Shown piece after piece: positions 1-8,352 of a DNA stretch of 32,000 nt. Source of the DNA: Psychrobacter sp. HD31 (lineage in GTDB: Bacteria > Pseudomonadota > Gammaproteobacteria > Pseudomonadales > Moraxellaceae); the NCBI RefSeq assembly GCF_051097895.1, contig NZ_CP142525.1:1380001-1412000 (forward strand). Reading direction: 5' to 3'. Below the pieces are notes generated by a model, which saw only the letters and a program-made list of their open reading frames with translations, was not told the DNA's origin and did not search any database. A program made the position numbers and the translations under genes. The first letter of the stretch is position 1. Each line of letters starts with the position of its first letter.

Positions 1-1
1 G

Positions 2-628
2 TTACCACCTACAAATGGCGACAATGCAAATAATATCACTGGTTATGACACGGGTCCTGCTAACCTACTACTTGATGCTTGGACGAATCTGCACACAAAC
101 AAGCCATATGACGAGGGCGGAAACTTTGCAAAGTCTGGCGAGGTGATTGAAGCCTTGCTAACTCAGCTACTTAAACATCCCTACTTTGCCATGCCTTCGC
201 CAAAAAGCACAGGGCGTGAGGACTTTAACCTTGCTTGGTTAGAGGCACAAATTGCTGACTTTGCCCACCATAACCCAAGCTTGCGTTACTCCCCTGCCGA
301 TGTGCAAGCTACCTTAACCGAGTTTACCGCCGTAACCGCAAGTAACGAAATTACAAAGTTTGAGTTTGCTAGCAATACTGCCAATGCCAATCACCTTTAT
401 GTGTGTGGTGGCGGTGCGTTTAATAGCCATTTGTTAGAACGCTTAACTAAGCACCTACCAAACTGGCAAGTAACCACAACAAGTGAGCTTGGGCTTGCCC
501 CAACGTGGATGGAAGCCACCGCATTTGCATGGCTTGCCCGCCAAACGTTAATGGGCGAGGTTGGTAACTGCCCTGCCGTAACAGGGGCAAATAAGGGCGT
601 GGTGCTAGGGCAAGTTTGTTTTGCTTAA
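2..628 (+). CDS. anmK: anhydro-N-acetylmuramic acid kinase, C-terminal part (5' end lies outside the window)
   Basis: Frame 2 is open from the window edge. The translation ..GYDTGPANLLLDAW..FAMPSPKSTGREDFNL..LYVCGGGAFNSHLLERL..TGANKGVVLGQV matches AnmK family blocks as I recall them. Confidence 0.88.
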   Translation, partial: LPPTNGDNANNITGYDTGPANLLLDAWTNLHTNKPYDEGGNFAKSGEVIEALLTQLLKHPYFAMPSPKSTGREDFNLAWLEAQIADFAHHNPSLRYSPADVQATLTEFTAVTASNEITKFEFASNTANANHLYVCGGGAFNSHLLERLTKHLPNWQVTTTSELGLAPTWMEATAFAWLARQTLMGEVGNCPAVTGANKGVVLGQVCFA

Positions 629-669
629 CCCAATATAATGAAAAAACTAAACACAGTAAAGATACGCAA

Positions 670-1335
670 ATGAACCGCCGCTCACAACGCCAAATGCAAC
701 TGCTAGACAGCAATACACATGGTAATGAGTGTGAGCTGTTTATTGTGGAGGGAGAGTCTGCCGCAAGCTCTGTGTCTGCATTATGTGATAAACAGCTTCA
801 GGCAGTACTGCCCCTGCAAGGCAAACCATTAAATGCTTATAAAGCCAGTCATGATAAAGTGCAAGCGAGTCCATTACATATTCAATTTGCCAATGCGTTA
901 GGGCTAGCTTGCCCAACCAAAATCACCACAACCGAACTACAAAACTTAAACTATGGCAAGATTTTGTTGTTGTTTGATCCAGATGCCGATGGCATACACA
1001 TTGGCGCGTTGGTGCTAATGTATATACAAAGATGGCTACCAGAGCTTATTGAGCATAACAAAGTGTTCATGCTCCGTTCTCCCATGTATTCGATTACCAG
1101 CAAAAATAAAGATAATGTGCAAACTACCCAGTTTGCTTACTTGCCTCAACAATTAGGCCAACTCAAAAACCATATCAAACAAGCAAATGATACGCTGGTT
1201 AAAACAGAACGGTTTCAAAGTGTGGGGAGCGTACCACCAGACGTTTTAGCAAAACTATGCATCCACCCTACTACCCGCCAAGCTAATTTAGTCAATGACG
1301 CACATATTCAGGCAATTATAAATATCTTTGGTTAA
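670..1335 (+). CDS. stand-alone type IIA topoisomerase B-subunit C-terminal half (Toprim domain plus degenerate GyrB/ParE C-terminal tail); no ATPase domain
   Basis: ECELFIVEGESAASS, QAVLPLQGKPLNA, YGKILLLFDPDADGIHI and NKVFMLRSPMY are colinear with the ParE/GyrB motifs ELFLVEGDSAGGS, QAIMPLKGKILN, YGKICILADADSDGLHI and GHVYVALPPLY. The first in-frame ATG is at 670. The track ORF starts at a TTG at 616 that overlaps the anmK stop. Confidence 0.7.
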   Translation: MNRRSQRQMQLLDSNTHGNECELFIVEGESAASSVSALCDKQLQAVLPLQGKPLNAYKASHDKVQASPLHIQFANALGLACPTKITTTELQNLNYGKILLLFDPDADGIHIGALVLMYIQRWLPELIEHNKVFMLRSPMYSITSKNKDNVQTTQFAYLPQQLGQLKNHIKQANDTLVKTERFQSVGSVPPDVLAKLCIHPTTRQANLVNDAHIQAIINIFG

Positions 1336-1401
1336 GCACTTTAATCTATCAAATTAGCAAAATATTGTTCTCAACCGACACAAATAAATATTGATTTTTA
1401 T

Positions 1402-1417
1402 GTTTACACTTGTAAAC
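1402..1417. promoter_or_regulatory. 7-2-7 palindrome GTTTACA-CT-TGTAAAC overlapping a plausible fabF promoter (TTTACA, 16 nt spacer, TATTTT)
   Basis: The inverted repeat is perfect and was read directly. It lies about 70 bp upstream of the fabF ATG and contains a -35-like hexamer. Its role as an operator is inferred. Confidence 0.35.
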
Positions 1418-1484
1418 TATTAGGGTATTTTATGCTAATACATTATAGTGATAAATAAATATTTAATCTTAAAATGAGAAACCA

Positions 1485-2783
1485 ATGAAACAACTGCACC
1501 ACCAAAAAGCAGACGACCAGCGTGTCGTTATTACAGGTATGGGCGCAATTACCCCGCTTGGGCTAAATGTTGACGATACCTGGCAAAACATGATTGATGG
1601 TAAAAGTGGCATCAAAAAAATAGAACACTTTGATATTACAGAGTTTCGTTCACAAATTGCTGGCATGGTTGAAGGTTTTGATGTTAGTAATTATATGAGC
1701 CCAAAAGATGCCAGACGTTACGATACCTTTATGCATTATGGTATGGCAAGCGCTGCCGAGGCATTAAAGCAAGCTGGCTTTATTGATGAAATTAGCGCCA
1801 AAGAATGCCCCGTTAAAGGCGTAGATGCAAACCGTTTTGGGGTTGTATTTGGTTCGGGTATTGGTGGCATACAAACCATCGAAAACAGTAGAGATACCTT
1901 AAAAGAACGTGGTGCAAAAAGAGTAACCCCCTTTATTATCCCAGGTACTATTGTCAATATGCCGGCGGGCCTACTGGCAATCAAATATGGTTTAAAAGGG
2001 GCAAACCTTGCCACAGCAACGGCTTGCACTACCTCAACACATGCCATTGGGCTGGCAGCACGCCTTATATGTTATGGCGATGCCGATGTCATGCTAACAG
2101 GGGGCAGTGAATATGCCTCAAGCCCACTTGGTATGTCTGGCTTTGCTTCAATGCATGCGTTATCTACCCGCAATGACGAACCGACAAAAGCCAGCCGACC
2201 TTTTGATAAAAACCGTGATGGTTTTGTGCTGGCTGGTGGCTCGGGCGCTCTGGTGTTAGAAAGCTTAGCACATGCAAAAGCGCGTGGTGCACATATTTTA
2301 GCTGAGGTAGTCGGTTTTGGCATGAGCGATGATGCAAGCCACATTACCGCACCACCAAGCGATGGTGATGGCGCAAAACGTGCCATGCAAAATGCATTAA
2401 ATGATGCCGGCATTGAACCAAAGGTCGTGGGCTATATTAACGCCCATGGTACCAGCACCCCAGCTGGTGATGTGGCAGAGAGCCAAGCAATTGCTAACTT
2501 ATTTGGCACAAATGCTTTGGTTAGCTCAACCAAATCAATGACTGGTCACTTATTGGGTGCAGCTGGTGCGGTAGAAGCCATTGCAACCATACAAGCGTTG
2601 CAAACACAAATTATTCCACCAACCATAAATTTAGATGATTTGGATGAAAAATGTGCCGAACTAAAGCTCGATTATGTAGCGCATACGGCAAGGCAAGTTG
2701 AAGATTTAAATTATGCCGTTTCAAACAGTTTTGGTTTTGGTGGTACAAATGGCTCATTAGTGTTTGCTAAATGGCAAAATTAA
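1485..2783 (+). CDS. fabF: 3-oxoacyl-[ACP] synthase II (KAS II)
   Basis: Near full-length colinear match to E. coli FabF: VVITGMGAITPLG, TACTTSTHAIG (active-site Cys), HITAP, NAHGTSTPAGD, SSTKSMTGHLLGAAGAVEA, NSFGFGGTNGSLVF. Confidence 0.93.
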   Translation: MKQLHHQKADDQRVVITGMGAITPLGLNVDDTWQNMIDGKSGIKKIEHFDITEFRSQIAGMVEGFDVSNYMSPKDARRYDTFMHYGMASAAEALKQAGFIDEISAKECPVKGVDANRFGVVFGSGIGGIQTIENSRDTLKERGAKRVTPFIIPGTIVNMPAGLLAIKYGLKGANLATATACTTSTHAIGLAARLICYGDADVMLTGGSEYASSPLGMSGFASMHALSTRNDEPTKASRPFDKNRDGFVLAGGSGALVLESLAHAKARGAHILAEVVGFGMSDDASHITAPPSDGDGAKRAMQNALNDAGIEPKVVGYINAHGTSTPAGDVAESQAIANLFGTNALVSSTKSMTGHLLGAAGAVEAIATIQALQTQIIPPTINLDDLDEKCAELKLDYVAHTARQVEDLNYAVSNSFGFGGTNGSLVFAKWQN

Positions 2784-2817
2784 ATCCAACACTTTTTGAC
2801 TAGCCAATCTATAAAAA

Positions 2818-2851
2818 CCGCTCAGCTATTTAAATAGTGAGCGGTTTTTTT
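2818..2851. terminator. bidirectional rho-independent terminator between convergent fabF and the EamA gene
   Basis: Stem CCGCTCA / TGAGCGG (2818-2824 and 2838-2844). It is preceded by an A-run and followed by TTTTTTT, so it reads as a terminator on both strands. Confidence 0.8.
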
Positions 2852-2874
2852 ATCGTAAATCATAGCCTATTATC

Positions 2875-3798
2875 TTAAGCCCATTTTTTAAACCATTTAG
2901 GCGCAAACATGACAATCAACAGCGACAAACCAATAAATGCCGTGCCTATCCATTGCCATTTATCAACGGCTTCACCTAAAATCCAGATACCTGCAAACAT
3001 TCCTGTAATGGGTACACCAAGGCTAAACGGGGCAACTTTATTCGCATCATGACGTTTAAGCAACTGAGTCCACAAACCATAAGCCACAATAGTTGATGCC
3101 CAGCCTAAATACATAAATGACATCCATAAAATGGGAGTAATCTCTTGATAGGTCTGCCACACTAGCCACTTGCTTGCATCTGGTGATGTAATTGCCACCA
3201 CAATCATAAAGCACACTGCGGCAGGTAAGCTTGACCAAACAATATAGCCCAGCGGATTATAATTTTGGCTCTCTTTTGCTACCACTCTTGCTACCATATT
3301 TGCACCAGACCACATAGCAGCCGCACCCAACATCAAAATAATGCCAAGTATGGTCACCTCACCACCTGTAGAAACCGCACTATAACCATAAAAAAGCAAC
3401 CCAATTGCCGCTGTGCCCATACTTACCCATAACAAAACACTAGGGCGACTGCGAAAAATTAAAAAGCTACCAAATGCCGTAAAATAGATTTGTGTTTGCG
3501 CAAGCACACTGGCAAGGGCAGCTGTCATACCAACTTCTATTGAAACAAACATCAAGCTAAATTGCCCAAATCCTTGTAACAAGCCAGACATTAGTAGCCA
3601 TCGCCAGCGCACTTTTGGTAATGCCATAAAAAAACACATTGGAATCACCGCAAATAAAAAACGGACGGTACCTAATTCAAATGGTGTTAGATACTGTAAT
3701 GTGACCTTGATAGGTACAAAGTTAAATCCCCAAAGCACCACCACTAAAATGGCAATAAGCGAATCTTTCAGCATCCATTGTGCGTTGCTAGAAGACAT
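2875..3798 (-). CDS. EamA/DMT-family inner-membrane permease (10-TM type)
   Basis: 307 aa and very hydrophobic, with two internally similar halves and the general EamA/RhaT-like layout. The substrate cannot be determined from sequence. Confidence 0.7.
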   Translation of the reverse strand: MSSSNAQWMLKDSLIAILVVVLWGFNFVPIKVTLQYLTPFELGTVRFLFAVIPMCFFMALPKVRWRWLLMSGLLQGFGQFSLMFVSIEVGMTAALASVLAQTQIYFTAFGSFLIFRSRPSVLLWVSMGTAAIGLLFYGYSAVSTGGEVTILGIILMLGAAAMWSGANMVARVVAKESQNYNPLGYIVWSSLPAAVCFMIVVAITSPDASKWLVWQTYQEITPILWMSFMYLGWASTIVAYGLWTQLLKRHDANKVAPFSLGVPITGMFAGIWILGEAVDKWQWIGTAFIGLSLLIVMFAPKWFKKWA

Positions 3799-3890
3799 AG
3801 ATGATTCCTTAATCTAGCAGGAGTAAAAAAACAGACGAATCATCTTAACAGGTTTTAAAAAGAAAGTTTAGCACTGAGACTGCCTATTCA

Positions 3891-5732
3891 TCATTCGTGT
3901 AACGCTTTATAAATGGTACTTGCCATAACCGTGCCAATGCCATTTACCTCGGCTAACTCTTGTTGCGATGCACCAAGCACTTTTTGAATACCTCCAAAGT
4001 GATTAAGCAAATCACGTCTGCGTTTTGCCCCCAATCCTGGTATCACTTCTAGCACGGATGATGAACGTTTTTTATCACGTTTTTTACGATGCGCGGTAAT
4101 TGCAAATCGGTGTGCTTCATCACGGATATGCATAATCAAATGTAATGCTTTACTGTCAGCTGGTAAGTCTAACGGATGATGGTTAATAAAATGCAAAACC
4201 TCTAGCCCTGCTTTACGCCCTTCCCCTTTTGCCACACCAATCAGTAACGTATCGTCTAAAATACCAAGCTCGGTTAGCACCTCTTTTGCCATATTCAGTT
4301 GCCCTTTACCCCCATCAATTAAAAGCACATCAGGTAAAGGCTGTTTTTTGTAACGGCGAGTTAAAGCTTGGGTCATGGCAGCATAATCGTCTCCACCGAC
4401 AATACCATGTATCGCATATTGCCGATAATCTCGCTTGCGTAATCCACCTGCATCACACACCACACAGCTTGCAATTGTTGCCTCGCCCATCGTATGCGAG
4501 ATATCAAAACATTCAATACGATCAATTGGGCGCTCACTCACTTGAGCTAACACTTCTTTTAACGCTGTAAACCGAGCGTGCAGCTCAAGGTAGTCACCTA
4601 ACTTAGTCTTTAAGGCGTTATTTGCATTTAAGTTAGCAAGTTCCAGCCACTCTGCTCTATGTTCTCTAACTTTAGTTTTTAGGTGTGTTTTATTACCAAA
4701 GTGGGTAATCAATGCCTCTTGCACCGCATTTTGGTCGGGTAACTGATGGCTTAAAATAATTTCGGCAGGCAAATCATCACTCACCTGAAAATAAAACGAC
4801 AATATAAACTGTGACAAGTTTTCGGCTAACTCATCTGCATAGTTAAGGTCGGGGAAGTAATGATTACCGCCAAGAACTTGCCCATTACGCACCGTCAATA
4901 CACTCACACAGATAATGCCTGCCTGTGAGGTAATGGCAATAATGTCTGCCTCTCCTTTTACTTTATATACCGCCTGACGAGACTGTACCTCTCTCAGCAT
5001 AGCCAACTGATCACGGTACACCGAAGCCTGCTCAAATTGTAGATCCTCGGCAGCTGCTTCCATTTTGGTAACCAGCTGCTGTTGAATTTCCCCACCATCA
5101 CCCTTTAAAAAGGCAATGGTATTTTCTACATCTTGGGCGTATTCTTCGGTAGAAACCAAGCCCATGCAAGGTGCTTTACACCGTTTAATTTGATATTCAA
5201 GGCATGGGCGTTGGCGCTGCTTAAAAAAGCTGTCTGTACATTGGCGTACTTGAAAAATTTTTTTTAATAATACTAAAGTTTCTTTGGCCGCATATGCAGA
5301 TGGATAAGGTCCAAAAAAACGCCCGTGCTGATGATTGCCTTTTCCTCTACCATACGCCAAACGTGGGTATTTTTTATCCGCCGATATAAACACATACAGG
5401 TAAGATTTATCATCTCTTAGCACCACATTATATGGCGGACGATTTTGTTTAATTAGATTTTGCTCTAGTAATAATGCCTCAGTTTCACTACGGGTAATGA
5501 TGGTTTCTATATCATGAATACGGCTAACCAATGCCCGTGTTTTAGGGTGATCAATGGTTTTAGCAAAATAACTATTTACTCTATTTTTTAATGATTTGGC
5601 CTTACCCACATATAAAATATCACCATTTTTACCTAGCATCTGATAAACACCTGGTAAATTTGGTAACCCTTTAATAATATGTGCTAAATGCGCACTTTTA
5701 TCAAACTGTGCGGTTTGGTTGGCTGTTGGCAT
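3891..5732 (-). CDS. uvrC: excinuclease ABC subunit C
   Basis: N-terminal GIY-YIG block ([30 protein letters not shown]), a UVR region, an endonuclease V-like domain and a C-terminal HhH ([19 protein letters not shown]). 613 aa. Confidence 0.95.
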   Translation of the reverse strand: MPTANQTAQFDKSAHLAHIIKGLPNLPGVYQMLGKNGDILYVGKAKSLKNRVNSYFAKTIDHPKTRALVSRIHDIETIITRSETEALLLEQNLIKQNRPPYNVVLRDDKSYLYVFISADKKYPRLAYGRGKGNHQHGRFFGPYPSAYAAKETLVLLKKIFQVRQCTDSFFKQRQRPCLEYQIKRCKAPCMGLVSTEEYAQDVENTIAFLKGDGGEIQQQLVTKMEAAAEDLQFEQASVYRDQLAMLREVQSRQAVYKVKGEADIIAITSQAGIICVSVLTVRNGQVLGGNHYFPDLNYADELAENLSQFILSFYFQVSDDLPAEIILSHQLPDQNAVQEALITHFGNKTHLKTKVREHRAEWLELANLNANNALKTKLGDYLELHARFTALKEVLAQVSERPIDRIECFDISHTMGEATIASCVVCDAGGLRKRDYRQYAIHGIVGGDDYAAMTQALTRRYKKQPLPDVLLIDGGKGQLNMAKEVLTELGILDDTLLIGVAKGEGRKAGLEVLHFINHHPLDLPADSKALHLIMHIRDEAHRFAITAHRKKRDKKRSSSVLEVIPGLGAKRRRDLLNHFGGIQKVLGASQQELAEVNGIGTVMASTIYKALHE

Positions 5733-5778
5733 GTCAAATCTTAAATCATTTTATACAGAAGAATATAATACTAGCACA

Positions 5779-5810
5779 AAAAACAAAACCTCAATCTTTC
5801 GACTGAGGTT
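5779..5810 (-). terminator. rho-independent terminator downstream of rplS
   Basis: Stem AACCTCA / TGAGGTT (5787-5793 and 5804-5810). On the minus strand it is followed by TTTTGTTTTTT. Confidence 0.7.
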
Positions 5811-5896
5811 TATTTTTTTGGTGTACCCATCTATTAAACTTAGTTAATGAGTTAAAATGGGATTTTTGGGTAAAAACTGCTTATATTGCTTGTCAA

Positions 5897-6268
5897 TTAA
5901 GCTTCGTCTTTACGCACAGCAAGCTTTTCACGGATACGAGCTGACTTACCAGAACGCTCACGTAAGTAGTAAAGCTTAGCACGACGCACATCACCACGAC
6001 GCTTAACTTCAATGCTGTCGATTAGTGGTGAATGAAGCTGGAATGCACGCTCAACACCAATACCGCTAGAAATTTTACGAACAGTAAATGCTGAGTTAAT
6101 ACCACGCTTACGCATAGCAATGACAACGCCTTCAAACGCCTGTAGACGCTCGCGGTCACCTTCACGTACTTTTACTTGTACGGTTACAGTGTCACCAGGA
6201 CCAAAGCTTGGGTGCTCACGTAGTTGAGAGTTTTCAACGGCTTGAACTAATGGATGACTGTTACTCAT
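5897..6268 (-). CDS. rplS: 50S ribosomal protein L19
   Basis: 123 aa. The [43 protein letters not shown] block is typical of L19, and the gene follows trmD as in the conserved operon. Confidence 0.96.
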   Translation of the reverse strand: MSNSHPLVQAVENSQLREHPSFGPGDTVTVQVKVREGDRERLQAFEGVVIAMRKRGINSAFTVRKISSGIGVERAFQLHSPLIDSIEVKRRGDVRRAKLYYLRERSGKSARIREKLAVRKDEA

Positions 6269-6402
6269 GAGTTATATCTCCTCACATAAGATGATAGAGG
6301 CACAGTGTTGCTGTGCATGTCACCTGTTTTTTGTTAATTACTGTATCACGTCTTAATTTGATACAACAAAATGATTAATAATTTATTTACATCTATTGTT
6401 TG

Positions 6403-7170
6403 TTAATCAATGTTGGCAGCTGTTAGCCATTTAGTTTGCTGCTTGCTTGGTTTAAAAGCTTGCCACAAATCAGGCCTTAAATTTTTTGTACGAGTTGCTT
6501 GTTGCACAAAACGCCATTTTGCAATATTGGCATGATGCCCAGACAATAAAACATCTGGTACACTTTCGCCTTCAAATTCTGTCGGTTTGGTGTAGTGTGG
6601 GCAATCTAGCAAGCCATCAACAAAAGAATCTTGCTGTGCAGATTGGTCATCTCCCATAACATCGGGCAGGCGACGTATCACACTATCCATCAGTACCATT
6701 GCAGGCAGCTCGCCACCCGTTAGTACGTAGTCCCCGATAGATATTTGTCTATCAACATATTTTTGTAGTAAACGTTCATCTACCCCTTCATAACGACCAC
6801 ACAATAAAATCATGCCATCGTAGTTTGCCATTGGCACAACGCTGCCTTCGGTTAAGGTTTCACCTTGTGGTGATAAATACACCACTGGGCAATTTTGTAA
6901 ATTTTGTTCACTATCAACACAACAACCATGCTGTTTTGCCAGTTGTTTGGCTTGGGTAATGGCTTTTGCCAAAGGCTCTGCCATCATTACCATACCAGGA
7001 CCACCCCCAAAAGGGCGCTCATCAATACGTCGATAATTATCGCTGGTAAAATCACGAGGATTGATACAATCCAGTGTCACCTTACCTTGCGCAATTGCTC
7101 GACTGGTAATGCCAAAGTCACTAATTGCAGCAAACATATCAGGCATGATACTAATTACTGCAAAGTACAT
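6403..7170 (-). CDS. trmD: tRNA (guanine37-N1)-methyltransferase
   Basis: [63 protein letters not shown] are TrmD signatures, and operon synteny agrees. Confidence 0.95.
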   Translation of the reverse strand: MYFAVISIMPDMFAAISDFGITSRAIAQGKVTLDCINPRDFTSDNYRRIDERPFGGGPGMVMMAEPLAKAITQAKQLAKQHGCCVDSEQNLQNCPVVYLSPQGETLTEGSVVPMANYDGMILLCGRYEGVDERLLQKYVDRQISIGDYVLTGGELPAMVLMDSVIRRLPDVMGDDQSAQQDSFVDGLLDCPHYTKPTEFEGESVPDVLLSGHHANIAKWRFVQQATRTKNLRPDLWQAFKPSKQQTKWLTAANID

Positions 7171-7236
7171 AATGCACCACCAATCAGATTAAACAATTTT
7201 GTTAAAAAAATAGTTACTAACATAACGACTAATAAC

Positions 7237-7785
7237 TTAGTAATCTGTTTGCCAATCGACAACCACTACCTTGTTATCTAAATCTACCGACACAACCGTT
7301 TGTTTGTGCCATGGAATTAAGCGCGTTTCATTATCAACACTATCAGCAGTTGGTTTAACTGTCATAATGTCATGTGCGCCCGTCTCAAACAACTCGCTAA
7401 TTTTACCTAAGCATTCTTCAGCGCTTGTTTGTACAGTTAGCCCAATCAAATCCGACCAATAATATCCGTCTTCATCGTTTTGAGGTAAACTATCTTTACT
7501 CGTCCAAATACTAACACCATTCATGGTTTCAGCAATATTGCGGTCAGGTATTTGCTCAAATTGAGCAACCAGCCCAGCACCTTGCTTTCGCCATTTAATA
7601 ACTGTTAGTGGCTTCATACCTGTTGCTGTTTTTATATACCAAGGTTGCATCGCAAAGATGGTTTCTCGATTATCGGTATCACTAAACACCCAAAGCCAGC
7701 CTTTAATGCCGTAGGGCTTTTTTAGTTGACCAATTTTAATCAAGTCTTTGCTATTAAAATCAGTTGTATTTACATTAACAGACAT
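7237..7785 (-). CDS. rimM: 16S rRNA processing protein RimM
   Basis: IGQLKKPYGIKGWLWVFSDTD, a PRC-barrel-like C-terminus, and its position between rpsP and trmD. Confidence 0.9.
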   Translation of the reverse strand: MSVNVNTTDFNSKDLIKIGQLKKPYGIKGWLWVFSDTDNRETIFAMQPWYIKTATGMKPLTVIKWRKQGAGLVAQFEQIPDRNIAETMNGVSIWTSKDSLPQNDEDGYYWSDLIGLTVQTSAEECLGKISELFETGAHDIMTVKPTADSVDNETRLIPWHKQTVVSVDLDNKVVVVDWQTDY

Positions 7786-7891
7786 ATCAGCACTTCTTAT
7801 AAAACTGCTTGATTAACATTTGTAGAGCCATGCTCTACTTTATTATCGACCATTCTAAAATAGTCGATAATATCAACAAAAAATCGTCTTA

Positions 7892-8143
7892 TTAAGCGTC
7901 AGAAGGCGTATAGCCTTTAGCAAGACTCTTAACACGGTCAGAAGGTTGCGCACCTTTAGCAACCCAAGCATTATATGCTTCCATGTTCAGACGAAGACCT
8001 TCTTCTGACTCTTTGGCTAGTGGGTTGTAAAAACCGATGTTTTCGATATAACGACCGTCGCGTGAACGACGTTGGTCAGCTACAACTACTTGATAAAACG
8101 GGCGTTTTTTGGCACCGCCACGTGCTAAACGTATAACTACCAT
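7892..8143 (-). CDS. rpsP: 30S ribosomal protein S16
   Basis: The canonical N-terminus [34 protein letters not shown] starts at the ATG at 8143, with AAGAGAG upstream. The 26 extra codons in the track ORF (to 8221) are not S16-like. Confidence 0.93.
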   Translation of the reverse strand: MVVIRLARGGAKKRPFYQVVVADQRRSRDGRYIENIGFYNPLAKESEEGLRLNMEAYNAWVAKGAQPSDRVKSLAKGYTPSDA

Positions 8144-8352
8144 ATGAATTCTCTCTTTCAATTCTTTCTGTGTAGGTACACCAAAAAGGCAGCTATTATA
8201 CCATGCTAAAAATAAATTCACAATATAAACAACTAATTATTAAATTTTTTACTATCAATTTGCTACGATAGCAGGCAATATAAATCCGTTATTTGCTAGC
8301 CATCACTAAATTCCTTACAATAACAAACAAACAAGGCACTGATGAACCGCAC

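Noticed and set aside
616-669. TTG start at 616 for the Toprim ORF, overlapping the anmK stop (possible translational coupling)
   Set aside because: It cannot be excluded, but the extra residues (MFCLTQYNEKTKHSKDTQ) match nothing in GyrB/ParE. The first in-frame ATG at 670 is used instead.
3799-3845. 9-bp inverted repeat AGATGATTC...GAATCATCT (29-nt loop) next to the EamA start codon, which could mask the region between the SD and the ATG
   Set aside because: The large loop and single occurrence give no supporting evidence for a riboswitch or thermosensor. It is noted only as a possible minor translational element.
4229-4570. 113-aa ORF antisense to uvrC, and similar antisense ORFs in fabF, trmD, the bfmR-like gene, znuC, znuB, rapZ, panB, folK and pcnB
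   Set aside because: Same reasoning. They overlap well-supported genes and have odd composition (Cys/His/Leu-rich read-through of the complementary codons).
8144-8221. 26-codon N-terminal extension of the rpsP ORF in the six-frame track
   Set aside because: S16 proteins begin MVxIRLxRxG. The ATG at 8143 has an upstream purine-rich SD-like sequence, and the extension has no S16 similarity.
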